Source: Candidatus Xenobia bacterium
GTDB taxonomy: Bacteria > Vulcanimicrobiota > Xenobia > Xenobiales > QWHO01
Length of the DNA stretch: 64,000 bases
Assembly (NCBI GenBank): GCA_045863235.1
Contig: BTUM01000013.1
Location: 32,001-96,000, forward strand
Direction: 5' to 3'
Shown: positions 29,597 to 38,421 of the stretch, one piece after another
Position numbering within the stretch: position 1 is the stretch's first letter
How the letters are laid out: the number at the start of each line of letters is the position of its first letter
Translations under genes and position numbers: made by a program
Notes under the pieces: generated by a model
Told to the model about the DNA's origin: nothing
Database searches by the model: none
The model's input: only the letters and a program-made list of their open reading frames with translations

Positions 29597-30748
29597 TCAG
29601 ACCCCAGTATAGCGGGCCCGCGGTCTGATCATCCAGCCCTGGCGGTACTGCTCCATGGCGTGAGCCAGCCAGCCCGCTGTGCGACCGAGTGCAAACAGAG
29701 TCAGAGGAGCTCCTGAGGGCAGAGACATGGACCGGGCCAGGCTGACCAACGCGAAGTCGAGCGAGGGGGGCCGCAGGTGCAGGCTCTCGGCAGCCTGGAG
29801 CAGCTCGCGCCCCAGGGCGCAGGCCGTCACCTTATCGAGCAGATGGCGCGCCCGGGGGTCTCCCTCGGGGTAGAGGGGGTGGCCGAAACCTGGGATGGGC
29901 TCGCCCCGTCGCAAACGGTCTTCCAGGGTGGGGCGGGCGCCGCGGTGGCTGGCCTCCTCGAAGAGTGCCGCCACGCGACGGGTGTGCCCCCCGTGACGAC
30001 CACCCTCCAGGGCTGCCAGGGCCGCGCCCACGACCGCGTAGGGACTGGCTTCGGCTGAGGCCACGCAACGGGCCGTGAAGGCGGAGGTGTTCAGCTCGTG
30101 GTCGGCGCACAAGATCAGGGTGGCCTCCAGGGCTCGCTCCGCGGCCGGGTTCCCGGGGGTCCACGCCGAGGCCAGGGAGCGAGCCAGCGGGCGCCCGGCT
30201 CGGTGCGAGTCGGTGAGACAGCGTCCGAGCAGGGTCAGGATGCGAGAGCCCGTGCGGCGAACGGAGTCCGGCTGGAGATCGCGGGCGGCCGGATCGGTGG
30301 AGCCGGCCGCCACCAGGACCAGCCGGAAGGCTTCAGTCGGCTCCAACCTGCTCGCCAGCTTGAAAGCCTCCTGCCAGGGGCCCGGGGGAGGGAGGCCAGG
30401 TCGGTGCTGACCTTCCCAGAGGAGCTCCACCACTTGCTCGAAGCACGTTCGCGAGGCCAGCTCGGTGGCCAGCTGACCGCGGTAATAGAGCTGGCCGTCT
30501 TGAATGCAGGTCAGCGCCGATTCCAGCACGGGGCTCCCCCATTGCAGGGCTTCAGCGGCCGCCTGCTCGGGATGGCGGCGATGGCGACGGCGGCTGGCCA
30601 GCCGTTCGACCTCCTCCTCTCGATACAGGCAGCGTCGTGTGCCCGGCTGGCCTTCGGAGCCGAGCAGGCCGCGACTGACGTAGCTATAAAGGGTGGCCGG
30701 GCTGACACCCAGCCGCCGGCAGGCTTCTTCGGCGGTGAGGTAACTCAT
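29597..30748 (-). CDS. HTH (excisionase/MerR-like) fused to citrate-synthase-family domain
   Basis: YLTAEEACRRLGVSPATLYSYVSRG; ADHELNTSAF, GFGHPLYPEGDPRA, GRTAGWLAH. Confidence 0.9.
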   Translation of the reverse strand: MSYLTAEEACRRLGVSPATLYSYVSRGLLGSEGQPGTRRCLYREEEVERLASRRRHRRHPEQAAAEALQWGSPVLESALTCIQDGQLYYRGQLATELASRTCFEQVVELLWEGQHRPGLPPPGPWQEAFKLASRLEPTEAFRLVLVAAGSTDPAARDLQPDSVRRTGSRILTLLGRCLTDSHRAGRPLARSLASAWTPGNPAAERALEATLILCADHELNTSAFTARCVASAEASPYAVVGAALAALEGGRHGGHTRRVAALFEEASHRGARPTLEDRLRRGEPIPGFGHPLYPEGDPRARHLLDKVTACALGRELLQAAESLHLRPPSLDFALVSLARSMSLPSGAPLTLFALGRTAGWLAHAMEQYRQGWMIRPRARYTGV

Positions 30749-30756
30749 GTTGATTG

Positions 30757-30787
30757 CTTGATCAAGATTGACGAACCAGATCAATCT
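30757..30787. promoter_or_regulatory. Operator palindromes between the divergent citrate synthase genes
   Basis: CTTGATCAAG (30757-30766) and AGATTGA-9 nt-TCAATCT (30765-30787). Confidence 0.6.
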
Positions 30788-30828
30788 ATACCATGATGGG
30801 CGCGAGTGGAGCAAGGAGGAAGCATCGG

Positions 30829-31872
30829 ATGACAACCGGTTTGGAAGGCGTAGAGGTGACCCAGACTCACCTCAGTCGGGTGGACGGGATCAAGGGGGAG
30901 CTCGTGCTGCGGGGCCGACGACTGGAGGAGTTGGCCGGCAAAGTCAGCTATGAGAGCGTATGCGGGCTCTTGTGGGAGGAAGAGGAGGTCGAGCTGGGCA
31001 GAGCCCGGGCTCTGGCCTACGCCCAGTTCGAGAGCTGGTTCGAGCGAACCGACGGGCTGACCTATCCCGGAGCCCTGCGCCTGTTGCTCACCATCTTGCG
31101 TCCTGAGAGCGAGGTGAAGCCTCACCATCTCGCCGCCGGGGCGGTGGCCGTTGGCCTGGCCAACGTGATCCGGCGCCGTCGAGGATTGGCACCGGTGGCC
31201 CCGCGGGCCGAAGTGGGTCAGGCTCAGAGCCTGCTCGAGATGCTGGAAGCTGGCCCTGTCGAAGAGTCGCGCTGGAAAGCGCTGGAGGCCTATCTGGTCA
31301 CCGTGGCCGAGCACGGGCTCAACCCGTCCACCTTTACCGCGCGAGTGATCGCCTCCACCGGGGCCGAGCTCTTTCCTACCCTGGTGGGCGCGCTCTCCGC
31401 TTTAGAAGGGCCCCTTCACGGCGGAGCTCCAGGCCCGGTGTTGGACATGCTGGATGCCTGCCAGGCCGATCCGCGGGGCTGGATCCGCGAGCAGCTGGCC
31501 CGCGGTCAGCGCTTGATGGGCTTTGGGCATCGAGTCTACCGGGTGCGCGATCCCCGCGCCGAAGTGCTGAAGCGAGCGGTGCTGACGCTGGCTCAGAGCC
31601 CACGCCTGGCGCAGGCCGAGACGGTCGAGCGGGTGGCTCTGGAAGAGCTGGCCCGGCACAAGCCGGATCGGCGCCTGGAGACCAACGTCGAGTTTTACAC
31701 CGCCGTTCTGCTCGAGGCCGTCGGGCTACCGCGAGAGGCGTTCACGGGCGTGTTCGCGACCGGACGGGTGGCCGGCTGGTCGGCCCATTTCTATGAGCAG
31801 AAGCACGGGGGCCGCCTGCTGCGCCCGGTCGCCCGCTACGTAGGTCCAGAGCCGGCGAACGGAGAAGGCTGA
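30829..31872 (+). CDS. Citrate synthase / methylcitrate synthase
   Basis: GLEGV, EHGLNPSTF, GPLHGGA, GFGHRVYRVRDPRA, NVEFY; AGGAGG SD. Confidence 0.92.
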   Translation: MTTGLEGVEVTQTHLSRVDGIKGELVLRGRRLEELAGKVSYESVCGLLWEEEEVELGRARALAYAQFESWFERTDGLTYPGALRLLLTILRPESEVKPHHLAAGAVAVGLANVIRRRRGLAPVAPRAEVGQAQSLLEMLEAGPVEESRWKALEAYLVTVAEHGLNPSTFTARVIASTGAELFPTLVGALSALEGPLHGGAPGPVLDMLDACQADPRGWIREQLARGQRLMGFGHRVYRVRDPRAEVLKRAVLTLAQSPRLAQAETVERVALEELARHKPDRRLETNVEFYTAVLLEAVGLPREAFTGVFATGRVAGWSAHFYEQKHGGRLLRPVARYVGPEPANGEG

Positions 31873-31875
31873 TGG

Positions 31876-32412
31876 ATGAGAAAGACCACCTTCTTCCTGC
31901 TCAGCGCGGCCATCTGCGTGCTGGGCGCCCTGGCTCAAACCTCGGGCCTTGCACCGGGAGACTTTGCGCCTGCCTACGATCCCACCCACGTGGCGGGGCC
32001 TGACAAGGGCACAACCACCTGCCCGGTTTGAAAGTACGGCCCCAGACCTGCGGTGCAGGTCTATCTTCAAAATGAGACCCCGGCCAATACCGTGGCCATC
32101 GCCAGGGTGCTCGACGAGGCCGTCAAACAGCACCAGAAAGCCGAGTTCAAGGCTTTCATCCTGTTCAAGCCGGGTGATCCGGCTGAGGCCACCCTGGTCA
32201 AGCTGAACGCCCCTGGCGTGGGGGTGGCCACCTTGCAGGGTGAGGCCATTGAGGCGCTCAAGCTGTACAAAGTCAGCTCCGACCCCAAGGTGAAGAACAC
32301 CGTGATCTTGTATCGCAAGCGAAAGGCCGCCGAGACCTTTGTCAATCTCGACTGCACTCGGGAGGCGGGCCGAAAGACCCTGCTCGATGCGATCGCTCGT
32401 CTGAGCAAGTAG
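31876..32412 (+). CDS. Putative secreted selenoprotein, thioredoxin-like CxxU (178 aa, Sec at codon 52)
   Basis: Signal peptide MRKTTFFLLSAAICVLGALA; TTTCPV-TGA-KYGPRPAVQV continues in frame to TAG at 32410-32412; SECIS-like hairpin after the TGA. Confidence 0.8.
32044..32062 (+). promoter_or_regulatory. Bacterial SECIS-like hairpin
   Basis: AGACCTGC-GGT-GCAGGTCT; stem starts 12 nt after the TGA (32029-32031); G/GU apical loop 20 nt after it. Confidence 0.7.
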
Positions 32413-32471
32413 CGTCAACGGTTGAAAAGGGTTCCTGGAGAAGGGGGCGGAATATCGCCTCCATCCTTCTC

Positions 32472-33077
32472 ATGGACATCGCAGCAACAATCGCTGAAGC
32501 TCGCGGCGCTCTCGCCGAGGGTCGAGCCAAGGACGCCCTGGGTCTTCTGTCCGACGTACTCCGTGAAGACGTGGCTTGCGAGCCGGCCCACGACCTTGTC
32601 TTCGACATTCTTTCCGAGCCGAGTCAGAATCTCGAGCTGGTTGAGTTCTATCGCGACCTTCTCAAAGTTCACGTCGAAGATACCGAGCTGACCATCCGCC
32701 TGTCGCGGGCTTACGCTCAGGGCAACAAGGATTCGCTGGCCGTCCTTCAGCTGCAGAAGATCCTGAAGAAGGAAGCCAATCCCAAGGCTTTTGCCGAGTT
32801 GGCCCGCACGTACGGGCGGATGAACAAGATCCGGATGGCCCTGGAAGCGATCAACAGCGCCATCGCCGCTGACCCCTCCTATGGCGCGGCTCATCGCGAG
32901 CGTGTGCGCCTGCTCACAGCTTCGGGCGAGAAGGATGAGGCGGCCGTGCATGCCGTCGACTCGCTTTGTTGTGCCGAGCTCGACCCCGACACCCGGGCCT
33001 GGCTGGAGGTGGCCGACGCCTTTTTAGAGGCCGGCCACAATCCCCCCGATGGCTTTCTGCACAACGGCAAGGCCTGA
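32472..33077 (+). CDS. TPR-repeat protein
   Basis: Helical repeats (LSRAYAQG, AFAELARTY, AIAADPSY). Confidence 0.75.
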   Translation: MDIAATIAEARGALAEGRAKDALGLLSDVLREDVACEPAHDLVFDILSEPSQNLELVEFYRDLLKVHVEDTELTIRLSRAYAQGNKDSLAVLQLQKILKKEANPKAFAELARTYGRMNKIRMALEAINSAIAADPSYGAAHRERVRLLTASGEKDEAAVHAVDSLCCAELDPDTRAWLEVADAFLEAGHNPPDGFLHNGKA

Positions 33078-33120
33078 TTTTCAGCTCTTTGTAAGAGCTA
33101 AAGGGTAGCCTTGGCAGGCT

Positions 33121-33699
33121 ATGACACTGACTTCTCTACCGAGCCTTTCGGCCGGACCGGCCGCCCAGAAGAGTCGCCCCCCTCGAACCGCTCTTCAAAA
33201 GCATGTTGATTTCTTTGACCGCAATGGCGACGGTCAAATTCGCGTTTGGGAGACCTACCAGGGTTGCCGGGCGCTGGGGATGGGGCGGCTGCTCTCGACT
33301 GGCGCAGCCGTGGCCATCAACCTGGCCCTGGGCATCAAGAGCGGGTCGCCCTGGTATAAGCTGCTCACGATTCAGACGGATGGAATTCACCAGGGAAAGC
33401 ACGGGGGAGACACGGGCATCTATGACGCCGACGGCAACTTTGTGCAAGCCAGGTTCGACGCGATGTTCGCCCAGCACGACAGCAACTCCGACGACGCGCT
33501 CAGTGAGGCCGAGGTCGAGCAGATGCTGGTCGTGAATGGAGGCGGCCAGCCCAGCCTGGGCTCCAAGGCGGAGTTTGGCCTGCTGATGAAGCTGGCCGGG
33601 GAGGACACGCCCGACGGGCGGGTGCTCACGCGCCAGCGCCTGGAAGCTTTCTACGACGGCTCACTCTTTTACCAGCTGGCCGGGGAGAAGGTCCCCTGA
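33121..33699 (+). CDS. Caleosin-family protein (EF-hand, peroxygenase-like)
   Basis: TALQKHVDFFDRNGDGQIRVWETYQGCRALG, IHQGKHGGDTGIYD, EFGLL, FYDGSLFY. Confidence 0.88.
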   Translation: MTLTSLPSLSAGPAAQKSRPPRTALQKHVDFFDRNGDGQIRVWETYQGCRALGMGRLLSTGAAVAINLALGIKSGSPWYKLLTIQTDGIHQGKHGGDTGIYDADGNFVQARFDAMFAQHDSNSDDALSEAEVEQMLVVNGGGQPSLGSKAEFGLLMKLAGEDTPDGRVLTRQRLEAFYDGSLFYQLAGEKVP

Positions 33700-34172
33700 G
33701 ACTCGAGATTCTCCCCACCCTGATCATCGTGGCAGCGGTCGTGTTGACGGCCGTCCTCGGGGCCCTGGCCACCAACCCGCAAAGTGCCTGGTATCTCGAG
33801 CTGGTCAAGCCTTCCTGGCAACCGCCCGGGTGGCTCTTCGGGCCGGTCTGGACGCTCCTTTACGCGCTCATCGCCACCAGTGCGGTCATCGTCTGGCATG
33901 CGACCGAGGGAAACGCTCGCCGCGAGCTGATGCTGCTCTTTGCCGTCAACCTCATGCTCAACCTGGCCTGGAGCGCGCTCTTCTTCCGGGCTCAGTCGCC
34001 GCTGGGAGGCGGGGTGGAGATCATCCTGCTGCTGGGGTCTATTGCCCACCTTGGCTGGCGTTGCTCCAGCCTCAGCCCGGTTGCGGCCTGGCTGCTAGCC
34101 CCCTATTTCGCCTGGGTAGCCTTCGCTACCATCTTGAACTGGACGATCGCCATCTTGAACTGGGAGAAATGA
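33696..34172 (+). CDS. tspO: TspO/MBR family protein (probable CTG start; first canonical start at 33729)
   Basis: WY..LVKPSWQPPGWLFGPVWTLLY, LNLAWSALFF, PYFAWVAFATILN. Confidence 0.9.
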   Translation: MRLEILPTLIIVAAVVLTAVLGALATNPQSAWYLELVKPSWQPPGWLFGPVWTLLYALIATSAVIVWHATEGNARRELMLLFAVNLMLNLAWSALFFRAQSPLGGGVEIILLLGSIAHLGWRCSSLSPVAAWLLAPYFAWVAFATILNWTIAILNWEK

Positions 34173-34200
34173 AAAGTGGCACGCCCCCGGGGGGTGCCAC
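34172..34200 (-). terminator. Intrinsic terminator of the S41 peptidase gene
   Basis: GTGGCAC...GTGCCAC stem followed by TTTT on the minus strand. Confidence 0.65.
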
Positions 34201-34218
34201 ACCCGAACCCGGATCAGT

Positions 34219-35445
34219 TCAGGGCTGAACCCCTGCGCCGTCAAGCTTGTCGCCAGAGGCGTTGTACCAGCTCTCGGCCGGAATCTGCAGGGCGGTCCCG
34301 TTGGCCAGGGGCACCATGGTCAGGCTGGCCGGTTGGCCCGCGGTGGTCGTCCCGACCAGTTGGGCCCCGTTTTCCTGCAAGCAGGAGGCCAGCAGCTCGG
34401 CCGAGCCGCTGGTCTGCTCATTGACCAGCACCGTCAGTTGCCCGGAATACTGGCGCGGGGTCATTGTCCGCAGCTCGTGGCGGGAGCCCTCGCGAGACTC
34501 CATGCGGGCCACCAGGGTATCAGCCGGAACGAAGCTGCTGGCGATGCGCTGAACAGCGGTCACGTCGTGGCCCCCCAGGTTGCGCAGGTCGAGCACGATC
34601 TGGCTGGCGCCCTCCAACTCGCTCAAGGCCACGCTGACCTGGTCGGCACTGGTGTAATCGATCCAGTTCAGCTGGATGTGGCCGGTCCTGGAATCGGACC
34701 AGGAGGAGCTTACCGAGGGCCCGGGGTCGATGGGCTCGCGGGTGATGCTCATGCGGCTCACCTGTCCCTGGCGCTCGACAGCGATCTCCACGCTGGTTCC
34801 GGCCTCGCCTCGCAGGCGGGTCATGCCGGTGTACAGGCCCATTTCCAGGGTGGACTCGCCATCGACCTCGATGATGCGGTCGCCGGGCTGCAGGCCGGCG
34901 CGCTCGGCCGGGTGACCGGGCAGGGGACGTTGGATGACCAGGCCCTGACCATCGACGCTGGGGGCAAGCACCGCCCCGATGCCGTTCATTGGCAACGAAT
35001 AGAGCGACTGGTAGGCCTGCATCTCTTCCGTGCCCATCAGGCGAGCCTGCCCGCTCACGGCCTGAGCCAGGCCCTCGGTGGCAGCCTGCCACAGCCGGTC
35101 GGTCGGAACCTGGGCCGAGAAAGAGCCGACGAAGCGCTCTGGCTGGCCCGGCAGATAGAGCATCTGCATGAAACCGACCAATGCGGTGCTCTGGCCACTC
35201 TCCTCCAGTTCGGCGCTGACGGCCTGGGCCACGCTCTGGCTGATCTTGCGATGGTCGAGCTGGCCTCGATCTTCAAGTAAGCTCAAGGTCTCCTGGTAGA
35301 CCTGCTGCCCGGTCGAAGGGCAACTCGCCAACTGTGGGCGGGCTTGGAAGGGGCAAGAGCCCCCCGTAGGGAGGGTGCTGAGCGCGCTCATCGCTCCCAG
35401 TCCGAGGATCAGGATGCTGCTGGGCCAGATGCGACCTTTGTTCAT
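34219..35445 (-). CDS. S41 C-terminal processing peptidase-like protein with PDZ, secreted
   Basis: GIGA, PAERAGLQPGD, LRGEAGTSV, VLDLRNLGG, VLVNEQTSGSAE. Confidence 0.85.
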   Translation of the reverse strand: MNKGRIWPSSILILGLGAMSALSTLPTGGSCPFQARPQLASCPSTGQQVYQETLSLLEDRGQLDHRKISQSVAQAVSAELEESGQSTALVGFMQMLYLPGQPERFVGSFSAQVPTDRLWQAATEGLAQAVSGQARLMGTEEMQAYQSLYSLPMNGIGAVLAPSVDGQGLVIQRPLPGHPAERAGLQPGDRIIEVDGESTLEMGLYTGMTRLRGEAGTSVEIAVERQGQVSRMSITREPIDPGPSVSSSWSDSRTGHIQLNWIDYTSADQVSVALSELEGASQIVLDLRNLGGHDVTAVQRIASSFVPADTLVARMESREGSRHELRTMTPRQYSGQLTVLVNEQTSGSAELLASCLQENGAQLVGTTTAGQPASLTMVPLANGTALQIPAESWYNASGDKLDGAGVQP

Positions 35446-35514
35446 GCTGGTTCACCTTCAAGCGGTTGGAATAGGGACAGATTTCTTCGCCCCTCCCCGG
35501 CAGGGGACCTGTCG

Positions 35515-36714
35515 ATGATAGGCCAACTTCCTGGACAGGTGGAGCAAGATCCCGAGCTCGGAGAGCTGCTGAAGGGACTGCGCTCGGAAGGCGAGATCGA
35601 CTCTTCCGGCTCGTTCTCGGTCGACTTCCTGCAGGCCCAGCGCAAGCTCGGCCAGTATCAGCTTTCCCGCCCGGGTGAAGGTCTGCTGAAGATCATCCAG
35701 GCCTGCGTGGCCTCGGCGGCCAGCGCGGTGGACCTGGTCAACCGCGGGGCACGGCTCACCCTCAGGGCGGATGCCCGTTTGCCCGAAGACGAGCTCCGGA
35801 AGCTCGATACTTACTTACTGCACACTCACGTGCACGGTCCGCGTAGCCTGCACCACCTGGCCGTAGGCCTGAATGCCCTGGTGGCAGAGAAGCCCCGAAG
35901 GCTGGAGCTGCGCTACGGGTCGTGGCTCTGGACGCCCGAGCAAGAGTGGAGTGAGACCGCCGAGCATCGTCCCCGGCTGGAGTTGACCCTGCTGCGCGGA
36001 GAGCGCCAGGAGGCTCGCTGGGAACGGCTCGGGGACGCCCTGCGGGTGCCGCTCTCCCAGGTGCCTCACTACCTTCGTCGGGCCGCCCGCTCGGATCTCG
36101 ACGAGGTGGCCAGCCGCACGGCTTTCTGTCCGATTCCCGTTCGCCTGAATCGGGTGCTGCTCAACAATCCGACCCTGGAGGCCCTGTTTGCGCCTCGTCG
36201 CCAGATCTTGCAGTTGGGCATCCTCACTCAGGGGGGGGCGCCGGCCGAGATGATCGCGATTCCGAGCGAGCGCAAGGCGCGACTGGCCGAGCAGATCTGG
36301 GCTCCCTCGCTGTACTCGCTTCCTGCTCCTCGTCTCAAGCAAGATCCACCGCCTCGTCCCGTGCAGCTGCCTGGCAACGACCGCAAGGTGGTACTGGCTC
36401 ACGGGGTGCTGATGTTTCTGAGCGATCCTCCGGGGCCGGAGGCGGCACTGCTGTTCGTGCAGGACGGGGTGACCCTGTCCCTCAAGCGGGCCGACCTGGG
36501 GTTTCCCGGGGTGGTGGCGGTGCTCTCGGCCCACGGCCTCAAGACCGACCTTTCTGGCTTTGACCTGCTCGAGGACGAAGCCTATCAAGAGTTGCTGGCT
36601 CGATTGCGCTACCAGGTGCGCGACCTGGTCTATCACGTGCAGGGCCAGCTGGAGGGAGCCAGCTGGCTGGACCGGGCGACCTGGGGCGCGCCCTTTCTGC
36701 GCCCCCTGCGGTAG
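35515..36714 (+). CDS. Hypothetical protein, possibly degenerate GHKL/HSP90-like N-terminus (start uncertain)
   Basis: SGSFSVD...KLGQYQL..P...LKIIQA; coding-type codon usage. Confidence 0.5.
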   Translation: MIGQLPGQVEQDPELGELLKGLRSEGEIDSSGSFSVDFLQAQRKLGQYQLSRPGEGLLKIIQACVASAASAVDLVNRGARLTLRADARLPEDELRKLDTYLLHTHVHGPRSLHHLAVGLNALVAEKPRRLELRYGSWLWTPEQEWSETAEHRPRLELTLLRGERQEARWERLGDALRVPLSQVPHYLRRAARSDLDEVASRTAFCPIPVRLNRVLLNNPTLEALFAPRRQILQLGILTQGGAPAEMIAIPSERKARLAEQIWAPSLYSLPAPRLKQDPPPRPVQLPGNDRKVVLAHGVLMFLSDPPGPEAALLFVQDGVTLSLKRADLGFPGVVAVLSAHGLKTDLSGFDLLEDEAYQELLARLRYQVRDLVYHVQGQLEGASWLDRATWGAPFLRPLR

Positions 36715-36745
36715 GGATTGGCCCCCGGGGCCCAAACAGGCAAGC

Positions 36746-38266
36746 ATGGATCTCTCGGCCGCCGGGATCATGGCCCTCCTGGCCCTGCCCACCGCCTGGT
36801 TGTTGACTCTCGACCAGCATGCCCCGATCCGCCGCTGGCCCTGGGCTCTCGCCATCGGCTGGATCTTGCTCTCGGGCTACAGCCTGCCGTTGGCCCTGAT
36901 CAGCCTTCCAGCCAGCACTCTGCTCTGGCTGGGTTGGCGGCGCAGGCTCCAGCGCCAGGCACTGGCCGCCCTGATCCAGAGGGCCGGCTGGGTGCCCTGC
37001 CAGCCTCCGGCCGGATTCGCCAGCGCCTATCGGACCCGCCAGGGGCTGGTGGTGGCGTTGGGAATCCGCGTGGGGTCGGGAGCGCCCGGTAAGAGGGTCG
37101 TGCAGCCCATCGCGGGCTTTCAGCGCCCCCAGGGCTGGCCCGATGGCTGGCGCCAGGCAGCCGCCCGGCGCAGCCTGCTCTGGCCCCAGAGGGAGCTACC
37201 CATCCAGTTCGAGGGCACCTTGCTCGTCTTCGAGGCCTTGCCTCAGGCCGAGGTCTTACAGGCTCGGCTCGACGATCTGGAGGCCTCGCTTCTACCGGGC
37301 TTCGACTGGGCCACGCTGGGCCGGCGCCGCTCCAGCCGTGTCTGGCTGTGGCTGGTGGGGGGTGGCCTGCTGCTGGTCGGCTTGAGTCAGTGGGTGGGCT
37401 GGCAGAAGCTGAGGGTCTTCCCGGCCGAGCCCGCCCTGTTGCTGCGGTCTTTGACCAGCCTCCCCCGGCTCGAACGGGTGCTGTCGGCCGTTGGCCGCCC
37501 CGCGGTGGCGGTGGGTGGCGCTCCCTTGACCGTGGCGGTCTCTTCGCCCTACCAGCCCATCGAGCTCTACACCCTGGAGGGCGAGCCTCAGAACCGTCTG
37601 GAGGATTCCTCGGGCTGGACCCCGGCGGTCTTTTCAGAGGGGGAGGTGGTGGCCGTCAGCGCCGAGGGGGTTGTGCGCCGCTTTCCCAGCACCGAGGTCG
37701 GTCGCCAGTCGGGCGCCCCGCTCACTCTGGCTGCGGCCGGGCCCTGGGTGGCCGTAGGGGGCACGGCCCTGGAGGTGGTGACCTATGGCCGCGAGGGCTT
37801 GCAGTCTCGCATGACCTTGCCCATGGCTGCGGTGCGAGCCCTGGCCTGCGCCGGAGAGGAGGGCGTGGCCGGCTGCGAGGACGGCAGTTTGTACCGCTTC
37901 GAGCTGACCACTGGACGCCTGCTGGCCGCTTTCGAGCAAGGGGGGGCGGCCATCCGGGCGCTGGCCATCGTGGGCCAGCGCATCGTGACGTTCTCGGATG
38001 AGGGCTGCCGGGCCTGGAGCCCGGATCTTGTCCCCTCCATCAGCTACACTCAGGCCCCTGCCACGGCCGGTGCGGCCGACCAGCGCGTGGTCTGCGTGGG
38101 ACGCTCGGACGGCTCCATTGAGGTTTACCCCCTGGAAGGGGGGCCGGCTCGTCTGCGCCTGGTGGGCCATCAGGCTCCCATCGCCTCGCTGGCGCTCAGC
38201 CCCGACGGCAAGCGACTCTATTCGAGCGCCAACGACACCACCGTCAAGATCTGGCGCCTGGACTGA
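36746..38266 (+). CDS. Membrane protein with C-terminal WD40 repeats
   Basis: GHQAPIASLALSPDGKRLYSSANDTTVKIW; N-terminal TM segments. Confidence 0.8.
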   Translation: MDLSAAGIMALLALPTAWLLTLDQHAPIRRWPWALAIGWILLSGYSLPLALISLPASTLLWLGWRRRLQRQALAALIQRAGWVPCQPPAGFASAYRTRQGLVVALGIRVGSGAPGKRVVQPIAGFQRPQGWPDGWRQAAARRSLLWPQRELPIQFEGTLLVFEALPQAEVLQARLDDLEASLLPGFDWATLGRRRSSRVWLWLVGGGLLLVGLSQWVGWQKLRVFPAEPALLLRSLTSLPRLERVLSAVGRPAVAVGGAPLTVAVSSPYQPIELYTLEGEPQNRLEDSSGWTPAVFSEGEVVAVSAEGVVRRFPSTEVGRQSGAPLTLAAAGPWVAVGGTALEVVTYGREGLQSRMTLPMAAVRALACAGEEGVAGCEDGSLYRFELTTGRLLAAFEQGGAAIRALAIVGQRIVTFSDEGCRAWSPDLVPSISYTQAPATAGAADQRVVCVGRSDGSIEVYPLEGGPARLRLVGHQAPIASLALSPDGKRLYSSANDTTVKIWRLD

Positions 38267-38421
38267 GGCTGGGTCTCTTGCACGAAACATTACAGCCAGG
38301 TTTCCAAGGTTTCCAGACTGATCGAGCCGGGCCGGACAAGTGTAACAAATTCTTCAGATACCCGACCGGGCCGAACCGCTATTCTGTTGCAGGGGTTCTG
38401 ATTTCAGGCTGGAGGCAGTTG

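Noticed and set aside
32053..32412. 119-aa ORF as a stand-alone gene
   Set aside because: Its GTG sits in the hairpin loop with no SD; better explained as the post-UGA part of the selenoprotein
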